Part shown: piece after piece, positions 27,466 through 36,926 of the stretch
Layout of the letters: every line of letters begins with the position of its first letter
Position numbering within the stretch: the stretch's first letter is position 1
Assembly: GCA_001780275.1 (NCBI GenBank)
Contig: MFGB01000007.1
Location: 66,280 to 130,279, forward strand
Reading direction: 5' to 3'
Length of the DNA: 64,000 nt
Source of the DNA: Candidatus Falkowbacteria bacterium RIFOXYA2_FULL_47_19
Lineage (GTDB): Bacteria; Patescibacteriota; Patescibacteriia; Patescibacteriales; UBA12075
Translations under genes and position numbers: made by a program
The notes under the pieces: generated by a model
The model's input: the letters and a program-made list of their open reading frames with translations, nothing else
What the model was told of the DNA's origin: nothing
Database searches by the model: none

Positions 27466-29583
27466 TTATTCAACCACTCCCGCCCCCCTCGCGATATCAT
27501 CGTCCTCGAGCTTGGTGGTCTTGGCCGGAGTAGTAAAGTTCAACTCCGCTTCGGTTTCGTTGTCTCTGGCGGTAACGCTTGAACCGGGCAGGAGCACCAT
27601 GATAGTATTCTTATCCTCCTCTTGCGGCGTGATTTTAAGGCTCCATTCGGCGCTCGAATCATAAACCGTAACAGGCAAACGCCCGATATCCCAAACCACT
27701 TCATGGGTACCCTCCAAATACTTAACGGCGCCGGCGGTTGACCTTTCTTTACCGTCCCAGCTAACGTATTTCGGGAGCTTGACCGATATCCTCAGATCCG
27801 AGAGTTCGTGCAGATTATTGTTGAGCTTCCAATAAACTTTATAGCTTGTGGTTTCCCCGGTTTTAGGCGGATGCGGCCCGGTGCCGACCGGAATATTGTC
27901 CTCATTGAAATAACGCGCCGACTCCTCGAGTTTAAGATCGCTGTTTATCCTTATAAGAACCGTATTGCTGCGGTTGTCGCCGTCTTCGGACCTCTCGGCT
28001 CCCTCTTCGATCTCCCCGACGCTGAATTGCGCGTAGCTTTCCGCCTGGTATTTTTTACCCGGATCGATCGCGCCGACGTTAAGGATATCTATGGAAAAAT
28101 CGATCGTGCCCTCGGCGTGCTTAGCGATCGTCTCCAGGGCGGGTATTTCTTCCTTGCTCCAGGTGATCGTATTCCCCTTTTCCTTCCCCTTGTTTTCATC
28201 TTTTAAGCTCGCCCAATCAAGGAAATCGCTGTCCAATACGGCCATGATCACGACGTCTTTCATGTCGGTCTCGCCGCTGTTCTTATATACTATCGAATAA
28301 TTCAGGGTTTGGCCGAAGTCGGCTCCCTGGTTATCCCGCGCCCCGTTCACTATCATGGTCAAATTAAGATCGCTCTTCATTACCTCGAAATTAAGCTTTG
28401 CTTCGTGGAATTTTATGTAGCGGCCGGAAACGGAACTGGCGGTAGCGGTAGCGCTATCACCGATGTTTTTCTCGAAGTAAACGACAATATCCTGCTTATC
28501 GGATTTTTTTTCGGTAAACTTTATCCTGATCGGCAATATTTTTTCTTCCTTCCCGAGACTCTCGATCTCCCAGACCCCCGGTCTTATCATCTTGGCCGGC
28601 GCCAACTTTCCCTTATCCTCTTCTTTCGGGGCCGGCGCGCCGATCTCGATATTTTCCTGCGGTTCGACCGTAAGGCGGAAATTGCCGATATAATTCTTTT
28701 CGTTCGGATTCAGCCTGATCGTAACCTCGTCCTCCTGCCCGATAAGGGCGCTCGCTATATAATCATAATCGATCTCGATGCCGATATCGTTTATCATGGT
28801 CGACGACATGGTCTCTTTCTTGAATTCGGAGGAAAAATTTTCCGGCGAATACGTCAAATCGGCGGTTATTATCCCCCGGTCGTTCTCGAGTCCGACCATC
28901 ATACCCTTGATCTTTATCTTGCCTGTTTCCCGCGCTCCGACCGCTCCTATGTTCCACGATCCGATCTTATCGTTCTTTTCGTTGCCGCTTTCCGGATAGC
29001 TGTCCAGGAAGATGAAATTATCCGGGAATTTAACTTCTATCCGGACATCCCTGATATTTATATTGCTCAAATTCTTATAATGGATCGAATAAAAAAATTC
29101 TTCTCCGGCAGCCACTTCGCTTTTGCCTTCGATTGAAAATTCGACCGCGGTCGCGTCCGAACCGCCTCCTAAATAAAAATACCGGTAAGCCCCGTAAGCC
29201 GCGCCGGTTATTCCTCCGGTCATAAAAATAAAGAAAAAAAGCCAAAAAAAGAAGCCGCGGCGCTTCTTGATGTCCATTTTTTTCACGTCGATCATCTTGC
29301 CGTTATTATCTTCGTAAATTTCATGCAGGCTTTCATCTATTTCCTCTTCCATTTCCCGGCTGATGCCCTCTTCGCCGCCCCGGTCCCTTAAAGAGATTAC
29401 GCCATCCTTGACGAATGCAGGATTTCGACTCACGTACGCGGATTCTTCTACCAATTCCTCAAAACTCTCGACTTCCTCATCGGTTGGCATCGGCCGCCGG
29501 ATAAACTCCGCCAGCCCGGATTTTTTAGAATTTTTTATGACAATACTTTCGTCTATGTTGCTTTTGCCCCTGGGTTTTGCCAT
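27466..29583 (-). CDS. Membrane-anchored protein with multiple DUF11-like Ig domains
   Basis: Acidic N-terminus, KKRR + TM, then YSIHYKN / YSIVYKN / YKVYWKL..N modules and TGPHPPK. Confidence 0.8.
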   Translation of the reverse strand: MAKPRGKSNIDESIVIKNSKKSGLAEFIRRPMPTDEEVESFEELVEESAYVSRNPAFVKDGVISLRDRGGEEGISREMEEEIDESLHEIYEDNNGKMIDVKKMDIKKRRGFFFWLFFFIFMTGGITGAAYGAYRYFYLGGGSDATAVEFSIEGKSEVAAGEEFFYSIHYKNLSNINIRDVRIEVKFPDNFIFLDSYPESGNEKNDKIGSWNIGAVGARETGKIKIKGMMVGLENDRGIITADLTYSPENFSSEFKKETMSSTMINDIGIEIDYDYIASALIGQEDEVTIRLNPNEKNYIGNFRLTVEPQENIEIGAPAPKEEDKGKLAPAKMIRPGVWEIESLGKEEKILPIRIKFTEKKSDKQDIVVYFEKNIGDSATATASSVSGRYIKFHEAKLNFEVMKSDLNLTMIVNGARDNQGADFGQTLNYSIVYKNSGETDMKDVVIMAVLDSDFLDWASLKDENKGKEKGNTITWSKEEIPALETIAKHAEGTIDFSIDILNVGAIDPGKKYQAESYAQFSVGEIEEGAERSEDGDNRSNTVLIRINSDLKLEESARYFNEDNIPVGTGPHPPKTGETTSYKVYWKLNNNLHELSDLRISVKLPKYVSWDGKERSTAGAVKYLEGTHEVVWDIGRLPVTVYDSSAEWSLKITPQEEDKNTIMVLLPGSSVTARDNETEAELNFTTPAKTTKLEDDDIARGAGVVE

Positions 29584-29620
29584 AGCTATATCGCTTAGGA
29601 ATGTTTAAAATTTATTCGGG

Positions 29621-30151
29621 TCATAACCTGAAATCCGTCTCGTGTCTGGTATTCTTTATGATCTCGTCCGCCTTGATCTTCGCTTCCTGCTCCAGGAAGA
29701 ACTTATTTACTCCGGGTACGAGCGAGAGCCATTTCCTGATAAGGTCGATGATCTTTTTTACCTTTACTTTGCCCCGGCCGATAAGCTCGTTTATTTTAGC
29801 GGCCGTTTCTTCGCCGACCAGCTTGAATTCCTTTTGTTTCTCCGGCGTCATGCCCGCGAAAATATCCCCGAGATCTTTTTCCAGAATAACCTCTATCTTT
29901 TTCTGGCGCGCCTTGAACGCCGGTGTTGCGCCTCCGTACGGACCCGCGCCTAATTGGCCTTCCCCCTCCCGGGTTTTGACCACCATCTCCGCTATTTCCT
30001 GACGGCGCCGGTTATCGGCGCCGCTTTCGGTTTCCGGCGTCGGTATGGTTTCGATCCTTTTCTCTTCTTTTTTCTCCCCTATTTCCGCGCCGCCCCGGAT
30101 TCGATCTTTAAAACCTTCGATTTTTCCGATTATACTGTTGTCTTCCGCCAT
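29621..30151 (-). CDS. Hypothetical protein
   Basis: 176-aa ORF with a conserved-looking C-terminus IRKWLSLVPGVNKFFLEQEAKIKAD. Confidence 0.8.
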   Translation of the reverse strand: MAEDNSIIGKIEGFKDRIRGGAEIGEKKEEKRIETIPTPETESGADNRRRQEIAEMVVKTREGEGQLGAGPYGGATPAFKARQKKIEVILEKDLGDIFAGMTPEKQKEFKLVGEETAAKINELIGRGKVKVKKIIDLIRKWLSLVPGVNKFFLEQEAKIKADEIIKNTRHETDFRL

Positions 30152-30316
30152 ATTTTATATTTTTCTATCAAAAATTCGATAGTTAATGCTTAAAAATCTG
30201 TATTTATCCCTAAAAATTATTATACCATATTTTCTAAAAAAATAAAACCCGCCATATTTTAAGATTACCCTAAACCGTGTTATAATATAAACATAATAAT
30301 TATCTAATAAATCAAT

Positions 30317-31255
30317 ATGCTAAAAACCGATAATATAAACGAGATCGCGGTCGCGGACAATGACGGCCATAAAATATCCTGGATCAATATCCGTAACGCC
30401 GGTAAAACCGAACTTGATTGGCTCCGCAAAAAATTCGATTTTAAGTTATCGCATCTGTCGGCCTCATCCGTCAAAGCCGTGACCCAAAGATCGATAATCG
30501 AAAAAACCGAAAACTATATTTTTATGATCCTGCACTTTCCCGTTTTAGCGGGCGATAAGGTGGTTACGGAAGAAATAGACTTCTTTGTGGGTAAGGATTA
30601 TCTGGTCACGTCGCACGACAACAAGATCGGGGCCTTAAATGAATTATTCAGTTTTTACAAAAAAGAAAACGCCCCAGAAGATGGCGGCGTTATCGGCCTT
30701 CTGTGCCATATCCTGGAAAAACTGTCGGATATTCCCTTCGCGCTTCTCGACAAGAACGGTTCGGCGATAAACGAATTGGAAGACATGATATTCGATCACA
30801 AATCAAGAATGGCCGCTTCCCGCGTTTTATCGTTAAGGCTTGGCATTATAAACGCTTGCGAGGCCCTGCAAAACCATCAGCGCATCATTGATGTTCTCAC
30901 TGAATACGCCGCCGAATTCCTTTCCGGCGGCAAAGCGCGGGAATTGACCAGAAAGATCCATCGGGACGCGAAAACCATCTGGCTTAATCTCGAAAACCAA
31001 AGGGAGATCGTCGAAGTGCTTAACAGCACGAACGAGTCTTTCATGAACTATCAGATCTCGAATATAATGAAAACCCTGACTATCTTTTCCGTGATCGTTT
31101 TTCCTCTTACCCTCTTAGCCGCTATATTCGGCATGAATACGGTTAACGGCATGCCGTTCATGGAAACGAAAAACGGTTTTTGGGCGATCATCGGCATAAT
31201 GCTTTGCGGCAGTTTATTCATGGTGTTTTACTTCAAGGGGAAAAAATGGCTCTAG
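30317..31255 (+). CDS. corA: CorA family Mg2+ transporter
   Basis: IMKTLTIFSVIVFPLTLLAAIFGMN signature plus a second TM helix. Confidence 0.93.
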   Translation: MLKTDNINEIAVADNDGHKISWINIRNAGKTELDWLRKKFDFKLSHLSASSVKAVTQRSIIEKTENYIFMILHFPVLAGDKVVTEEIDFFVGKDYLVTSHDNKIGALNELFSFYKKENAPEDGGVIGLLCHILEKLSDIPFALLDKNGSAINELEDMIFDHKSRMAASRVLSLRLGIINACEALQNHQRIIDVLTEYAAEFLSGGKARELTRKIHRDAKTIWLNLENQREIVEVLNSTNESFMNYQISNIMKTLTIFSVIVFPLTLLAAIFGMNTVNGMPFMETKNGFWAIIGIMLCGSLFMVFYFKGKKWL

Positions 31256-31341
31256 GGTTTCCGATTTGAGTACAAGATAAAAAAACCGAGCGGAAGATCC
31301 GCTCTTTTTTATTCCGCAAAACAGCCTGAAACCCGCAAACA

Positions 31342-32352
31342 CTAAAAGCGATTGTCGGGTACGCGCAATCCTTCGTACCCCCTGAACACTTCCTCGATAT
31401 CCTTAACCGTTTTTACTCCGACCAACCGCCGCCTCAAATCCCGCGCTCCGGATAGTCCGGCCGCGTAAGCGCAAAGCTGGCCGCGCATTTCCACTATCCC
31501 CCGCCCGCCTTTATGTTCCTCGGTAAGCCGGGCGTGCTCCAAGACGACTTTAAATACCGCCCGCGGCGAACGCGCGATATCCTGCCCGGTGCGGACGGCC
31601 TTGAATATCCACGGCCGCCCCAAAGCTCCGCGCGCGATCCCGATCCCGTCGGCTCCGGTCCGAGCTAATAATCCGGCGGCATGACTCCCGGCATTATCCC
31701 TCTTATCTTCCGGCGCCACAAGGCCCGCGACTCCAACCCCTCCGTTCGCTATGATAACGCCATCGAAATGGTCGCGGGCTTTTTTTATTATGGCCGTATC
31801 GATAGAACCGGAAAATCCCTGTTTTAGTGTCCGTCCATGGATCATCAAGGCGGCAATATCAAGATCCCTGACGAAATCAAGGAACTCGAGAATATCGGTA
31901 TTGTTCACCCTGGTCCTGGTTTTTATCGAAACCGGCAGATCGGTACTGTCAATTACGCTTTTGACGATCTCCCGCGCCAGCGGCATATTATCCATTAAAA
32001 TCGCGCCGGCGCCCTGCTTGGCGACTTTTTTGACCGGACAGCCGAAATTTATATCGATCCCGTCCGGACCGATCTTCTCCGTTATTATCCGCGCGGCCGC
32101 CGCGAAGTGTTCCGGCTTCGCCCCGAAAAGCTGGACCACGTACGGACGTTCTACCGGATCAAATTTAAGCATCTCAAGGGTTTTAGCCGGATCATAAACC
32201 AGGGCGGTCGCGCTCGCCATCTCGGAATAAACTACGTCCGCGCCGAATTTTTTGCAGATCCGGCGGAAGGCGCTGTCCGTATACCCGGCCATCGGCGCCA
32301 GGGCGTAGATCGGCCGGCCTTTGTTCTTTGATTTTTCCCAGAAATTACGCAT
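31342..32352 (-). CDS. dusB: tRNA-dihydrouridine synthase
   Basis: ALAPMAG, VQLFG, DINFGCP, IHGRT, ARGALGRPWIF. Confidence 0.92.
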   Translation of the reverse strand: MRNFWEKSKNKGRPIYALAPMAGYTDSAFRRICKKFGADVVYSEMASATALVYDPAKTLEMLKFDPVERPYVVQLFGAKPEHFAAAARIITEKIGPDGIDINFGCPVKKVAKQGAGAILMDNMPLAREIVKSVIDSTDLPVSIKTRTRVNNTDILEFLDFVRDLDIAALMIHGRTLKQGFSGSIDTAIIKKARDHFDGVIIANGGVGVAGLVAPEDKRDNAGSHAAGLLARTGADGIGIARGALGRPWIFKAVRTGQDIARSPRAVFKVVLEHARLTEEHKGGRGIVEMRGQLCAYAAGLSGARDLRRRLVGVKTVKDIEEVFRGYEGLRVPDNRF

Positions 32353-32370
32353 AGTCTCAATTTAGCATGT

Positions 32371-32399
32371 TTGACAAAAATTACAAGTCATGCTAACGT
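32371..32399 (+). promoter_or_regulatory. Sigma70-type promoter
   Basis: TTGACA-17 nt-TAACGT with extended TG. Confidence 0.55.
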
Positions 32400-32459
32400 A
32401 TTCTAATTATTAGCGGATCTTTTAAAATTTTTTTAACCATAGTACGGGGAGGTTAAACA

Positions 32460-33026
32460 ATGAAAACATTAAGAGTTCTGCTTTACGGATTCTGGGTCAT
32501 GATCTCTATAGCCGCCTGCTATTTTCTGGCTACAAAATGGATGTTAAACAATGAAGATTCATATCGGATCACGGAAAGTATATCATATTTTACCGATCAT
32601 CGTGAAGTTAATGCCTTCCCTGAATTTCCGGCTCCCTCCGATTATAAATCGGTAATTGCGCTTGATGAATCAAACTATGCGATAATAACAAAATATGATC
32701 TGGCGTTTTACAAAAAAATTTTTGTGAATGAGATGTTTTTCGGTGATGATGATGTCCGGATCGGATTCGCGAAATATGTTTACAGGCAAAATCCCGGTTT
32801 TTACCAAGGTTTTGATTTTGTTAAAACCATAAAACCCGTCGATCCTCCCGTCAAACTCAATTTCTGGCGAAGCTACGAGGTGAAAATATTGGCCGTTTCT
32901 ACTGACGGAGAAATAAGTGTTGAATTTACTCCCGAATTCAACAACTGGATCGGATTCCTCGTGTTCGCGATGGTTTTTGTGATCATGATCATGGGGCTTA
33001 ACCTGATTGCTGAAAAATTGGAATAA
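32460..33026 (+). CDS. Hypothetical membrane protein (N- and C-terminal TM)
   Basis: SD GGAGGT; 188-aa ORF. Confidence 0.75.
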   Translation: MKTLRVLLYGFWVMISIAACYFLATKWMLNNEDSYRITESISYFTDHREVNAFPEFPAPSDYKSVIALDESNYAIITKYDLAFYKKIFVNEMFFGDDDVRIGFAKYVYRQNPGFYQGFDFVKTIKPVDPPVKLNFWRSYEVKILAVSTDGEISVEFTPEFNNWIGFLVFAMVFVIMIMGLNLIAEKLE

Positions 33027-33050
33027 CCACAAAAAAGAAAGGAACAAAAA

Positions 33051-33479
33051 ATGGAGAAAACTAAGGTCGGGCCAATACAAATTATACAGTTAGCTACGGT
33101 AATTCTGCTGTTTTTCGGAGCCTTTTATTTTATAGGCTTTAAAGCGCGACAAGAGTCCCGTAATTCGCATGATCTGATGCCAGGCGCTTACGCCGGAATA
33201 ACGATCATGGGAATTCCCGAGGAAATAGCGGACTTGTCGCCGGCCGTACCCCATGGGGTAGCCGTTATGACCGTGTCTCATGGCTATCCAGCCAAGGAAA
33301 AAGGGATAATTCCGGGTGATATTATAACCTCCCTGGACGGAAATGCGATTAAAAATATGCTCCAGTTCTTTGAAATTATGCACGACAAAAAACCGGCAGA
33401 CGAATTAAGCGTCGGCATCCTGCGCGGCACGGAAAAACTTTCCTTCAGTCTTATATTGGCCGCGGACAGGCCGAAATAA
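33051..33479 (+). CDS. Membrane-anchored stand-alone PDZ domain protein
   Basis: TM, then YAGITI..GVAVMTV..GYPAKEKGIIPGDIITSLDG. Confidence 0.85.
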   Translation: MEKTKVGPIQIIQLATVILLFFGAFYFIGFKARQESRNSHDLMPGAYAGITIMGIPEEIADLSPAVPHGVAVMTVSHGYPAKEKGIIPGDIITSLDGNAIKNMLQFFEIMHDKKPADELSVGILRGTEKLSFSLILAADRPK

Positions 33480-33539
33480 AACTAATCCCAAAAACCAAAA
33501 GCACCCAACCGGGTGCTTCTTTTATAACTAACAAAAATT

Positions 33540-35189
33540 TTATTTTTTAAAAACTCTCTGTCCCTCCGGCGTATCCTCGACCGTCCAACCCAATTTTTCT
33601 ATCTCCTTGCGCAGACGATCGGATTCCGCCCAATTTTTCGCCATCCGTGCCAATACCCTCGCCTTAAGAAGCTTTTCTATTTCTTCGTCCAATACTTCGC
33701 CCTCGTTCATTAATAAAGTCGTTGATGAAGAAGTTGATGAAGAAGTTGATGAAGAAGTTGATGAAGAAGTTGATGAAGAAGTTGATGAAGAAGTTGATGA
33801 AGAAGTTGATGAAGAAGTTGATGAAGAAGTTGATGAAGAAGTTGATGAAGAAGTTGATGAAGAAGTTGATGAAGTATCTAGTTCTTTTTTTATGGATTTT
33901 AATTTGGATAAATTCAAACCCAACACCTTGTCAAAGTCCATAGCTAACGCTAATTTTTCATCATCTTTCAAATCGGATTTTAAAACCTCCTGTAACACCG
34001 CCATGGCCATTGGCGTATTTAGATCATCGTTTATAGCCCGTAAAAATTTATCCTTATACCGGTCAAAATTCACGCATTTATCATCTTCAAACTCTAAACT
34101 TTTTTCAAACATTCCATTTGATTCTTTTTCGCCTGCCGGAACACAGCTCAATTCTCTTATTTGATTATTAAGGTGTTCCAATCCGTCTTTGGCCGCCTTG
34201 AGCGAATCAAAGGTAAAGTTCATGTGTTTGCCGTAATTCGTCTGCATGCAGAGGAAACGAAAGGCCAAAGGTTCGAATCCTTTCTCTTCAATATCCCTTA
34301 AGGTATAAAAATTCTTGAATCTCTTGCTCATTTTTACGCCGTCGACAAGCAGATACTCGTTATGCAACCAATAATTGACCGGCGTTTCCGTATCGTATCC
34401 GATTACGCTCTGCGCGATCTCGTTCTCATGGTGCGGAAATTTAAGGTCGATGCCGCCGGTATGGATATCGAAAGGCATCCCCAATGCGGATTGGCCCATG
34501 GCCGAGCATTCAATGTGCCAGCCCGGACGGCCCGGCAGTCGCTCGCCGTTCAGTTCAAAATCCCAGTACGGCTCGCCGTCCTTGCACCCTTTCCAAAGGA
34601 CAAAATCCTGGACATTTTCTTTTTCATATTCATCAGCATCAACCCTGGCCCCGGCCCTGAATCCGTCCATGTCTATATTGGTAAGCTTCCCATATTTATG
34701 GTCCGCGGCATATTTGGCGACATTAAAATACACCGAACCGTCTTTGCCGTAAGCGTAGCCGGCATCAACTATCGATTTGGTCAAAACCTGCATTTTTTCG
34801 ACATATTCCCGATCGGCGGCATGCGGCACTATATCGGGCTTGTTTATATTCAATTTTCGCGTATCATCCCAAAAAATCCGTTCATATTCGCCGGTAAACC
34901 TGTTTAAGGCTTCCATCGGCTCCAGGTCCGGGTATTTCAACTTTGAATCCCTGATCGTTTTATCGTCAACATCGGTAATGTTCATCACCCATTTTACAGC
35001 CGTCTGCCCATAATTATACCTTAAGGTTCTATCCAGGATATCGGAAAATATATAAGCCCGTAAATTTCCGATATGAGCGAAATTATAAACCGTCGGGCCG
35101 CAGGTATAAAGACCGATTTTGGCCGGATCGATCGGCATGAACTTTTCTTTTTTCCGCGTAAGCGTATTGTATAAAAAAATATCGTCCAT
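33540..35189 (-). CDS. cysS: Cysteine--tRNA ligase with a (TSSS)n insertion
   Basis: LYNTLT, YTCGPTVY..HIGN, GRPGWHIECSAM, FPHHENE, KMSK; true start MDDIF at 35189. Confidence 0.96.
   Translation of the reverse strand: MDDIFLYNTLTRKKEKFMPIDPAKIGLYTCGPTVYNFAHIGNLRAYIFSDILDRTLRYNYGQTAVKWVMNITDVDDKTIRDSKLKYPDLEPMEALNRFTGEYERIFWDDTRKLNINKPDIVPHAADREYVEKMQVLTKSIVDAGYAYGKDGSVYFNVAKYAADHKYGKLTNIDMDGFRAGARVDADEYEKENVQDFVLWKGCKDGEPYWDFELNGERLPGRPGWHIECSAMGQSALGMPFDIHTGGIDLKFPHHENEIAQSVIGYDTETPVNYWLHNEYLLVDGVKMSKRFKNFYTLRDIEEKGFEPLAFRFLCMQTNYGKHMNFTFDSLKAAKDGLEHLNNQIRELSCVPAGEKESNGMFEKSLEFEDDKCVNFDRYKDKFLRAINDDLNTPMAMAVLQEVLKSDLKDDEKLALAMDFDKVLGLNLSKLKSIKKELDTSSTSSSTSSSTSSSTSSSTSSSTSSSTSSSTSSSTSSSTSSSTSSSTSSSTTLLMNEGEVLDEEIEKLLKARVLARMAKNWAESDRLRKEIEKLGWTVEDTPEGQRVFKK
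33721..33874. repeat. 12-bp tandem repeat (GTTGATGAAGAA), 12 full copies plus a partial one, inside cysS
   Basis: Perfect copies; encodes TSSS repeats in frame. Confidence 0.97.
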
Positions 35190-35190
35190 A

Positions 35191-35478
35191 TTATACTTTG
35201 GTCTTAATATCAACACCGCTGAAGCCGTACAGGCCATGGATCGTTTCGCAGGCGGAGGCATAGGCTTTTTGCCCGTTATCGGCCCGCTGGCCGGTACTGC
35301 GCCACTCTTCCTCCCCTTCTTTTTTAACTTCGACCAGGCCGGTTTTGGAATTCCACTGGGTTTCAAAAAAGATCTCCTTGCCCCGGATCATCGCTTTGAT
35401 TTTCTCCAAAGGCCATTTACTCCCGCTTTCCGCCTGATTTTTCCTTATGGCGCTCATTAGCTCGCCGTATTCTTTCAT
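35191..35478 (-). CDS. Hypothetical protein (95 aa) between cysteine synthase and cysS
   Basis: Stop lies 1 nt before the cysS ATG; same strand. Confidence 0.65.
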   Translation of the reverse strand: MKEYGELMSAIRKNQAESGSKWPLEKIKAMIRGKEIFFETQWNSKTGLVEVKKEGEEEWRSTGQRADNGQKAYASACETIHGLYGFSGVDIKTKV

Positions 35479-35539
35479 ATTTTTTATTTAATGAATAAGT
35501 GAACATTTAAATTTTACCCTAAGCCGGAGTTTTTTGCAA

Positions 35540-36448
35540 TTATTTTCCGGCGGCCTCATCAAAAAGGCCGGTGCTTAAATATTTTTCCCCCCGGTCCGGA
35601 AATATGGTAACAATATTACCGGCTTTAAGCTTCCCGGCTATTTTCAGGGCCGCGACCATGGCCGCCCCGGAGGACATGCCAACGAATATGCCTTCTTCCC
35701 GGACTATCCGGCGCGACATAAGGTACGCCTCCTCCGTGTCGATCATGATGATCTCGTCCAGTTTCGACCGGTCATAGATCGCCGGCACGATCGCCTCTTC
35801 CATATTCTTAAGCCCCTGGATATAGTGGCCTTTGACCGGTTCGGCGCTCACTATCTTTACGTCCGGCTTGTATTTCTTAAGAAACGCGGCCACGCCCATA
35901 AGCGTGCCGGACGTGCCGATGGAACTCACGAAATAATCGATTTCGCCCCCTGTCTGCCTCCAGATCTCCTGGGCCGTTGTTTCGTAGTGCGCGATCTGAT
36001 TATACTCATTGGAAAATTGATCGGGTCGAAAATATTTATCGGGGAATTTTGCCGTGAGTTCTTTGCATTTAAGGATCGCCCCGTCCGTGCCTTTGTCTCC
36101 GGGGGTCAAAGTAACTTTAGCGCCGAAAGCGGCGATCATCTTCCGGCGTTCGACCGAAACCGCTTCGCTCATGACTATTTCCGACTTATATCCCTTGACC
36201 GCCCCGATCATGGCCAGGGCGATACCGGTATTCCCGGAGGTAGCTTCGATGATCGTCTTGTCCGGAGTTAATTTACCTTCGGCTTCCGCCTGTTCGATCA
36301 TTTTAAGGGCGATCCGGTCTTTGATGCTTCCCCCCGGATTAACCCCCTCCACCTTGGCGTAAATATTAACGGCCGGTCGGGGATTTAATTTGTTTATTTT
36401 AACCATGGGCGTATGGCCGATGGTTTGAAGGATATTTTTGCAGATCAT
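35540..36448 (-). CDS. Cysteine synthase family (CysK/CysM), PLP-dependent
   Basis: IGHTPMV, NPGGSIKDRIA (PLP lysine), EATSGNTG, GTSGT, DRGEKYLS. Confidence 0.94.
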   Translation of the reverse strand: MICKNILQTIGHTPMVKINKLNPRPAVNIYAKVEGVNPGGSIKDRIALKMIEQAEAEGKLTPDKTIIEATSGNTGIALAMIGAVKGYKSEIVMSEAVSVERRKMIAAFGAKVTLTPGDKGTDGAILKCKELTAKFPDKYFRPDQFSNEYNQIAHYETTAQEIWRQTGGEIDYFVSSIGTSGTLMGVAAFLKKYKPDVKIVSAEPVKGHYIQGLKNMEEAIVPAIYDRSKLDEIIMIDTEEAYLMSRRIVREEGIFVGMSSGAAMVAALKIAGKLKAGNIVTIFPDRGEKYLSTGLFDEAAGK

Positions 36449-36512
36449 TTTATTATATTTATAAATTAATCTTTAAATAAAAGACCCCAGACCGAGCCGG
36501 GGCTTAAAAGGT

Positions 36513-36719
36513 TCATTCATCGTCTTCGTCCCTCCGCACAGGCGGAGGAACATAGTCCGGGAAAGTCCTGGCAAACCAAGACTCGAAATCCATGGTGCCG
36601 TTGCCTTCGCCCAGCTTTAAGATTATTTTTGGCAGTTTTTCCGGGTTTCTCGGCTTATGCCGATTATTGCCGCGTCTTTCATCTTTTTGAGGCGTTTGGG
36701 TTTGTTGTGCCGCTTCCAC
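36513..36719 (-). CDS. Small hypothetical protein (68 aa)
   Basis: GTG start; own TTGACA-17-TATGCT promoter (36849-36821) and a downstream hairpin. Confidence 0.5.
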   Translation of the reverse strand: MEAAQQTQTPQKDERRGNNRHKPRNPEKLPKIILKLGEGNGTMDFESWFARTFPDYVPPPVRRDEDDE

Positions 36720-36926
36720 TAAATTAACCCTTTCAATGAGTAAATATAAACCGCTAATGCGCCAATTTCGCGGTTAGCGGAACCTTGGCCGGATTGAACA
36801 CAAAAAACATTGGTAAACACAGCATAACACAAAAAAAAGAAAATGTCAAGCACTTTCTTTTTTTTCCGTAAAAATATTTATAAACGATCTTTAATATGGT
36901 TAAATAACTCTAATTTTACAATAAAT

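Noticed and set aside
33721..33874. CRISPR array
   Set aside because: Contiguous 12-bp units with no spacers, inside cysS; no cas genes in the window
33607..34164. Plus-strand ORFs with VDEE or MKKL repeats
   Set aside because: Antisense shadows of the cysS repeat
35190..35366. 59-aa N-terminal extension of CysRS in the ORF track
   Set aside because: CysRS homology starts at MDDIFLYNT (35189), and the extension overlaps a separate 95-aa ORF
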